DNA of 64,000 nucleotides from Candidatus Latescibacterota bacterium (GTDB lineage Bacteria; Latescibacterota; UBA2968; UBA8231): NCBI GenBank assembly GCA_965217585.1, contig OZ244561.1, positions 1,504,001 to 1,568,000 of the forward strand, read 5' to 3'. Shown piece by piece: positions 58,482 to 64,000 of this stretch (position 1 is its first letter; each line of letters starts with the position of its first letter). The notes under the pieces were generated by a model. It saw only the letters and a program-made list of their open reading frames with translations, ran no database searches and was not told where the DNA came from. The position numbers and the translations under genes were made by a program.

Positions 58482-58842
58482 AGCCGTACTTTCTAACTGC
58501 GTCTTCGTCAAAGCCCATAAAATGCGCTAGCTCGTGTACCAAGGTGGTCTCCACCTCCCGCGCCAGTTCGCCCCGATCGGGGAAGTCTTCCTCCAAAGGC
58601 CCCTGATAGAGCGCGATTACCGGCGGCAGGTCGCCGCTGTCTTCGAGGCGGCGCTCGGGTAGAGGCGTGCCCGTGAAAAGTCCGTAGAGCACTTCTTCTG
58701 GATCGCCGGTTATCTCCTCGACCAACTCGGGGTCGGGCCAGTCCTCGACGACGATGGCTAGGTTGTCCAGCGCTTGGCGGAACTCTTCCGGTAGGCGCTG
58801 GAGGGCCTTTTCCACCAGCTTTTCAAACGCACGGCGGCGCAT
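58474..58842 (-). CDS. Minimal zincin-like metallopeptidase (DUF1025-like)
   Basis: FE.LV..AL..LP.EF...L.N..IVVED.P, LYGLF.G.PL, I.LYQGP, HELAHFMG (HExxH). Confidence 0.85.
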   Translation of the reverse strand: MRRRAFEKLVEKALQRLPEEFRQALDNLAIVVEDWPDPELVEEITGDPEEVLYGLFTGTPLPERRLEDSGDLPPVIALYQGPLEEDFPDRGELAREVETTLVHELAHFMGFDEDAVRKYGYE

Positions 58843-58845
58843 GGC
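58740..58845. repeat. Direct repeat copy A (106 bp; 5' end of the zincin gene)
   Basis: Matches 59876-59981 with 6 mismatches by manual alignment. Confidence 0.9.
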
Positions 58846-58876
58846 TGGTTGCGCGGAAGTAATCGATGTGAAGGCC

Positions 58877-59779
58877 CTACTCGTCGTCTTCTAGGAGGGA
58901 CTGGAATGCCTTCAGACTGTCCACTTGGATCGCCGCCCGATGCAACTGCTTGAGACGCTGCAAATCCTCGATGTCCCGTATGCGAGCGGCCAACGGTTCC
59001 GCCGCGCCGAGTGCAAAACGAATCTCCAGTACGTCGAGCAGATCTTCAATGGCGCGTTCTCGGCCGCCTTGCTCAATGCCTTCCTCGCGGGCTTGTTGGG
59101 TCAAGTATTGGGCAAACGATGATTCGCGGATGAGGTCCATGATTCCCTCCTTCAAAAGAATAGCAGCAATGACTTCGGGCGCGTACACCAACCCGCTGAG
59201 CACCGACAGACCACCGACCAAATTGCCCCGTATCGACTCCGCCAGCGGCCGTGCCAAGACCGCCTGCACACACTCACGCAACCACGCCTCGCCGGTCTGC
59301 CCCGCAGGCGGCTGCATCAACGGGGCCAACGGAAGCAGCCCCGCAGGCCCTGCCGCCAAGATGGGTCGGCCTTCCAACTCGCTCAGCCGGAGCACTTTGT
59401 ACTCAATCAGGATGCGGTGGCCGGGGTGCTCTTGGAAATAGTGGCCCGGATCGCGTCGGCCGGCGTCCGGCCGCAAATAGATGACGCTAGAAAACACCGG
59501 CAGGCCGTGCTGCTCAAGGGCGCGCCCGATATAGCCGGCCATCCGCTGCGGCATCGGCGGATGCGTACTGTCCGTGGTCTGAAATTCGGTGTGAACCAAC
59601 CCCTCCTTGCCGCCGAGCCGGACGCGCAGCAGGCTATCGGTCTGGCGCGCCTCCACGGTGAGTTGCTCCGGGTCAATCACTTCTACGACCTCGACGTCAT
59701 CGCGGCCGAGGGTGAAACGGGCAAAATCGTCGGGGTAGTGGTGAATCAGAAACTTGGAAACGCTATCAAAGTCGGCCAT
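58877..59779 (-). CDS. Rpn-family recombination-promoting nuclease / putative transposase (PD-(D/E)XK)
   Basis: D...K.L, TDSLL, HTEFQT, MP.RM..Y, VIYL, LLPLAPL and C-terminal EEGIEQG...LL..LE.RF...I..I.DL..L..L. Confidence 0.8.
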   Translation of the reverse strand: MADFDSVSKFLIHHYPDDFARFTLGRDDVEVVEVIDPEQLTVEARQTDSLLRVRLGGKEGLVHTEFQTTDSTHPPMPQRMAGYIGRALEQHGLPVFSSVIYLRPDAGRRDPGHYFQEHPGHRILIEYKVLRLSELEGRPILAAGPAGLLPLAPLMQPPAGQTGEAWLRECVQAVLARPLAESIRGNLVGGLSVLSGLVYAPEVIAAILLKEGIMDLIRESSFAQYLTQQAREEGIEQGGRERAIEDLLDVLEIRFALGAAEPLAARIRDIEDLQRLKQLHRAAIQVDSLKAFQSLLEDDE

Positions 59780-59875
59780 ACCCTAGCAACGTTCTACGAT
59801 ACGCACAGGGATGTCAAGGCAGCGTACCACAGCATACAAAGGCCGCCGGGGTTGGAAATCCAGCGGCCTTTGGAA

Positions 59876-59981
59876 AGTCCTCGACGACGGTGGCTAGGTT
59901 GTCCAGCGCCTAGCGGAACTCCTCCGGCAGGCGCTGGAGGGCCTTTTCCACCAGCTTTTCAAACGCACGGCGGCGCACGGC
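59876..59981 (-). pseudogene. Direct repeat copy B: truncated 5' fragment of the zincin gene
   Basis: GTG instead of ATG, in-frame TAG replacing CAA, and breaks off at a hairpin (59837-59872). Confidence 0.85.
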
Positions 59982-59985
59982 AATG

Positions 59986-61125
59986 CTACCAGTCGGCGAC
60001 GCTGCCGTCGTTTTCGTAGTAGAGTTCGCCACCCAGTTCCTCTGAGTACTCAATCGTCTTTTCCACCTCGGACTCGATCAAATCAAACCCCAACCCCGGC
60101 TTGGTCGGCAACTCGATATGGCCATCGACCACCTGCCAAGGCGTGGCAAGCAGCCCTTCGCCCAACCCCTCGTCAACCTGTTCCTGCACGAGGAAATTGG
60201 GCACCACCGCATCGACCTGCATACAGGCGGAAAAGGCCACCGGGCCAATGGCGCAGTGCGGCATGATGTGGATGTAATAGACCTCGGCCATATTGGCGAT
60301 CTTTTTCAGCTCGGTGATCCCGCCCGCGTGCGAGCCGTCGGGTTGGATGTAGGAGACGGCCTGCTTTTCAAAAATCTCCCGGAACTCCCAGCGCGAGAGC
60401 AGGCGCTCGCCCGTGGCAATGGGGAAGGGCACGTGGTCAGAGACTTCCTTCAGCGCATCGACGTTCTCTTGGGGGATCGGCTCTTCGACGAACATCGGCC
60501 GCATCCCCGCGAGCTGGCCACACACCTCAATCGCCAGCCCCGGCGTCATCTTGCCGTGAAAGTCAAAGCATAGCTCTACCTCGTCGCCGACCCATTCGCG
60601 CATGGTATAGGCGTCTTTGACAAAGGCGTCGATTCGCGCTGGTGGCTCGTGGGCGCGCCACGTGCCCCCCGGCCCCGTCTTAAAGGCCGTGTAGCCTTTC
60701 GCCAACAGCATATCGAGCCGCGCCCGCGCCGACGCGAGTGCCTCGTCGGTCTGGCCGTGGACGCCCCAGTGCGCGTACACGCGAATCCGGTCGCGCACCG
60801 CACCGCCCAAAAGCATATAGGCGGGAACATTGTAGTACTTGCCAGCGATGTCCCACAGCGCCTGATCGATGCCCGACAGCGCGCTCATCAGCACATTGCC
60901 GCCGCGGAAAAAGGCCGAGCGATAGACGTGCTGCCAGTGGTGCTCAATGCGGAGCGGGTCCTTGCCGACGAAGTACTCGGCCAACTCTTCCACCGCCGCC
61001 CAAGTGCTCTTGGGCTTGCCCTCCAGCGTGGTCTCGCCCCAGCCGACGATACCATTGTCCGTGGTAATCTTGACCAAGCGCATGCGCTGGCGCGGGAAAA
61101 ACTGTTCAATCTTGGCGATCTTCAC
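59986..61125 (-). CDS. dgoD: Galactonate dehydratase-like enolase superfamily enzyme
   Basis: GIVGWGE, SGIDQALWDI.GK, DFHG, FVEEP, ATGERL, QPD.SHAGGITE.KKIA.MAE, PH..GP. Confidence 0.78.
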   Translation of the reverse strand: MKIAKIEQFFPRQRMRLVKITTDNGIVGWGETTLEGKPKSTWAAVEELAEYFVGKDPLRIEHHWQHVYRSAFFRGGNVLMSALSGIDQALWDIAGKYYNVPAYMLLGGAVRDRIRVYAHWGVHGQTDEALASARARLDMLLAKGYTAFKTGPGGTWRAHEPPARIDAFVKDAYTMREWVGDEVELCFDFHGKMTPGLAIEVCGQLAGMRPMFVEEPIPQENVDALKEVSDHVPFPIATGERLLSRWEFREIFEKQAVSYIQPDGSHAGGITELKKIANMAEVYYIHIMPHCAIGPVAFSACMQVDAVVPNFLVQEQVDEGLGEGLLATPWQVVDGHIELPTKPGLGFDLIESEVEKTIEYSEELGGELYYENDGSVADW

Positions 61126-61140
61126 CGTCTAGTCCTTTCG

Positions 61141-62862
61141 TTAGTGGGCTTCGCGCGTTACGACGGCACTCGACTTGCCGACCAAAAAGTCAAAGTCAAC
61201 TCCTTTGTCGGCCTGCATCACGTGGTCGATATAGAGGCTGACGTAGCCCCGGGTATCGTGGGGCACGGGGGGCTGCCAAGCCGCGCGGCGGCGCGCCAGT
61301 TCCTCGTCCGACACGTCTAGGTGCAGCAGCCGCTCCGCGACATCCAGCTCGATCATGTCGCCGTTGCGCACCAGCGCCAGATGGCCGCCGATGGCCGCTT
61401 CGGGTGCCACGTGCAGGACGACGGTGCCGTAGGCCGTGCCGCTCATGCGGCCATCGGAAATGCGCACCATGTCCCGGACGCCCTTTTCCAGCAGCTTCTT
61501 GGGCAATCCCATATTGCCGACCTCGGCCATGCCTGGATAACCGACCGGCCCGACGTTTTGCAAGACCAATACACTCGACTCATCCACCTCCAGATCGGGG
61601 CTGTCGATCCGTTGGTGATAGTCCTCAATCGTCTCGAAGACCACCGCTCGGCCGCGGTGCTGCATCAGCTCGGGCGAGGCGGCCGACGGCTTGATAATCG
61701 CCCCATCCTCGCAGAGATTGCCCCGGAGCACGGCCAAGCCCGCGGCCTCGATCAGCGGCGCGTCTAGCGGCGCGATCACGTCGCGATTGTAGCAGACCGC
61801 CCCTTCGATATTCTCGCCGAGCGACTTACCCGTCGCCGTCAAAGCGTCCAGATGCAGGGAATCCTTCAACCCCTGGATTACCACCGGCAAACCACCGGCG
61901 TAGTAGAAATCCTCCATCAGATACTTGCCCGCGGGCATCAAATTGACCAAGAGCGGCAGCTCGCTGCCGAGGCGGTCGAAGTCGTCCAAGGACAACTCGA
62001 CGCCGACGCGCCCGGCGAGGGCCAGCAAGTGGACGACGCAGTTGGTCGAACCGCCGATGGCCGCGTTGACCTTGATGGCGTTCTCAAAGGCCGCGCGCCC
62101 GAGAATGTGGGACATCTTGAGGTCTTCGCGCACCATCTCGACGATGCGCGACCCCGCCAGATGCGCCAGCACCTTGCGCCGCGAGTCTGGCGCCGGGATC
62201 GCCGCGCCGCCGGGCAGGGTCATGCCAAGCGCCTCGACCATACAGGCCATCGTCGATGCAGTGCCCATCGTCATGCAGTGCCCATCCGAGCGCGTCATGC
62301 CGTCCTCGGCCAGCCCAAAATCCTCGCGCGTCATCTTCCCGGCGCGAAAATCCTCGCTGAACTTCCACACGTCCGTTCCCGAACCAATATCGTCGCCGCG
62401 GTACTTGCCGTTGAGCATGGGGCCGCCGGGCACGGCAATCGTCGGCAGATCGACGCTAGCCGCCCCCATCAAGCACGCCGGCGTGGTTTTGTCGCACCCG
62501 GTCAGGAGCACCACGCCGTCAACTGGATTGGCGCGAACGCACTCCTCCACGTCCATGCTCGCCAAGTTGCGGAAGAGCATAGTTGTCGGGCGCATGATGG
62601 GCTCGCCCAGCGAGGTGACCGGGAATTCCACGGGCAACCCTCCGGCTTCGTACACGCCGCGCTTGACGGCTTCGGCCAAGTCGCGAAAGTGGATATTGCA
62701 CGGCGTCAGCTCGGACCACGTGTTGCAGATGCCGATGACCGGGCGGCCATCGAATTCGTGCTCGGGCAGGCCGCGCTTCATCCAGCTACGGTGAATGAAC
62801 CCGCCTTTGTCCTCGCGTCCAAACCAGTCGGCGCTCCTTAGTTTTCCTTGCTCTGCTGCCAT
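61141..62862 (-). CDS. IlvD/Edd-family sugar-acid dehydratase (L-arabinonate dehydratase-like)
   Basis: IGICNTWSELTPCN.H, GCDKTTP, GHCMTMGTASTM, GGSTN, SDGRMSGT.YG. Confidence 0.88.
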   Translation of the reverse strand: MAAEQGKLRSADWFGREDKGGFIHRSWMKRGLPEHEFDGRPVIGICNTWSELTPCNIHFRDLAEAVKRGVYEAGGLPVEFPVTSLGEPIMRPTTMLFRNLASMDVEECVRANPVDGVVLLTGCDKTTPACLMGAASVDLPTIAVPGGPMLNGKYRGDDIGSGTDVWKFSEDFRAGKMTREDFGLAEDGMTRSDGHCMTMGTASTMACMVEALGMTLPGGAAIPAPDSRRKVLAHLAGSRIVEMVREDLKMSHILGRAAFENAIKVNAAIGGSTNCVVHLLALAGRVGVELSLDDFDRLGSELPLLVNLMPAGKYLMEDFYYAGGLPVVIQGLKDSLHLDALTATGKSLGENIEGAVCYNRDVIAPLDAPLIEAAGLAVLRGNLCEDGAIIKPSAASPELMQHRGRAVVFETIEDYHQRIDSPDLEVDESSVLVLQNVGPVGYPGMAEVGNMGLPKKLLEKGVRDMVRISDGRMSGTAYGTVVLHVAPEAAIGGHLALVRNGDMIELDVAERLLHLDVSDEELARRRAAWQPPVPHDTRGYVSLYIDHVMQADKGVDFDFLVGKSSAVVTREAH

Positions 62863-63026
62863 TGATTCTCCTCTGCTTTTACTTTTCGCCTCAGCGGCGA
62901 GGCAATCAATCTAGGCGATCTCTTGGCTCTCGCAATATATTTAGTTAGTAAGCCGCTAGTTAATAACCTCTTGCGATTATGGGGTAACATGGTACGTCCG
63001 ATTAAAACCCACCTCTGGGCGATGAT

Positions 63027-63878
63027 ATGAATCTCAAACGCATTGCCGTCATCGGGGCCGGCACTATGGGACGCGGCATTGCCCAAGTTTTGGCCCAAGC
63101 CAACAGGGAAGTCCTGCTCTACGACGCAGACCCCTGCGCCCGTGAACAAGGGCTGGCCACCATCGCCGCACGCCTGCGCCAACAAGCCGCCAAAGGTTGG
63201 CTAGAGCCAGCCGCCAGCGAAGCGGCCATCGCCGCGCTGCAGGGAATCGACCAACTCGCTGCCGTCGGCACCGCCGACATGGTCGTTGAAGCCGTGCCCG
63301 AACGCCTAGACCTCAAGCTCGCCGTCTTTGCCCAACTCGGACAATGTGCCGGGCCAGAGGCCATCCTCGCCAGCAACACTTCCGGCCTGGACATCGACGC
63401 TCTCGCCGCTGCGGTCGGCCGGCCGGACAAGGTAATTGGCATGCACTTCTTCAACCCGCCTCCGATCATGCCCCTAGTCGAAGTGGTGCGCACAACTGAG
63501 ACTTCGGACGAGACCTTTGCCGCGGTCATGGCCTTGGCCCAAGACTTAGGCAAGACCCCCGTCGCGGTCGCCAATAGCCCCGGTTTTGCGGTCAACCGCA
63601 TCCTCTTTCCCATGATCAATGAGGCCATCTACGCCCTCGCCGAAGGCGTGGCCAGCGCCGAAGACATCGACCGGGTGATGGTGCTGGGGGCGAGCCATCC
63701 CCTAGGGCCGCTGGCCTTGGCCGACTACGTCGGACTCGACGTAACCTTGGATATCCTCGAATCGTTTGCCCAGCGTCTAGACAACTCCAAATACCGCCCC
63801 TGCCCCCTGCTGCGCGAGATGGTCCAACAGGGCGCGTTGGGCCGTAAGACGGGTCGGGGGTTTTTCTCTTACCCGTGA
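63027..63878 (+). CDS. hbd: 3-hydroxybutyryl-CoA / 3-hydroxyacyl-CoA dehydrogenase
   Basis: GAGTMGRGIA, EAVPE, ASNTS, GMHFFNP, PGF.VNR, HPLGPL.LAD.VGLD, LGRKTGRGF. Confidence 0.88.
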   Translation: MNLKRIAVIGAGTMGRGIAQVLAQANREVLLYDADPCAREQGLATIAARLRQQAAKGWLEPAASEAAIAALQGIDQLAAVGTADMVVEAVPERLDLKLAVFAQLGQCAGPEAILASNTSGLDIDALAAAVGRPDKVIGMHFFNPPPIMPLVEVVRTTETSDETFAAVMALAQDLGKTPVAVANSPGFAVNRILFPMINEAIYALAEGVASAEDIDRVMVLGASHPLGPLALADYVGLDVTLDILESFAQRLDNSKYRPCPLLREMVQQGALGRKTGRGFFSYP

Positions 63879-63891
63879 TAACGGGGCACCG

Positions 63892-64000
63892 ATGTTGCAC
63901 CTCTTTATCCTCTTGTGCCTCTTCGCCACCTGTAGCTGCTCCATCCGCTCGGCACCGCGTTATACCGCCGACTCCAAGGATTCGGACAGCGTGGTGCGCG
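63892..64000 (+). CDS. Start of a putative lipoprotein (partial)
   Basis: MLHLFILLCLFATCSCSIRSAPRY..., open to the window end. Confidence 0.45.
   Translation, partial: MLHLFILLCLFATCSCSIRSAPRYTADSKDSDSVVR

Noticed and set aside
62938-62967. Direct repeat tagttagtaa/tagttaataa in the divergent promoter before the dehydratase genes
   Set aside because: Could be a regulator site, but it is too short and AT-rich to support without comparative data.

Overview
GC-rich bacterial chromosome segment. The gene content (paralogous FlgD-Ig-tailed secreted proteins, DUF6785/6784-type transporter, CRTAC1/FG-GAP and TPR proteins, PhyH dioxygenases, Rpn nuclease) suggests a Gram-negative Latescibacterota/Gemmatimonadota-like organism; this is inference only. 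1-19.7 kb: cluster of secreted and envelope proteins. 19.8-22.6 kb: gltX and a DEAD-box helicase. The standout is a visibly lower-GC, minus-strand operon at about 22.7-33.9 kb that reads as a complete linear azol(in)e-containing RiPP (TOMM/LAP) cluster. It has a 37-aa Cys-rich precursor (MKLTIVSKPFDGYMSPAKRGGGG-CCCNCNCC-LIIPLM) behind a sigma54-like promoter, followed by an E1/ThiF-like cyclodehydratase partner, two SagB-type dehydrogenase paralogues (one degenerate), ABC permease, YcaO and CAAX protease. It ends with an ABC ATPase fused to a TPR domain, a TonB-dependent receptor and a secreted paralogue of the same TPR domain. The rest (34-64 kb) is mostly housekeeping and metabolic: topoisomerase IV-type parE/parC, rpe, oligoendopeptidase F, sigma factor, arfB, rpsR, BMC shell protein, orphan DNA methyltransferase, ctaA, rpsU, cold-shock protein, frdABCD, sugar-acid dehydratases and hbd. 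It also contains an Rpn gene flanked by a 106-bp duplication of a neighbouring gene start. No rRNA, tRNA or CRISPR array was recognised. All family assignments come from motif recognition by eye, not database searches.
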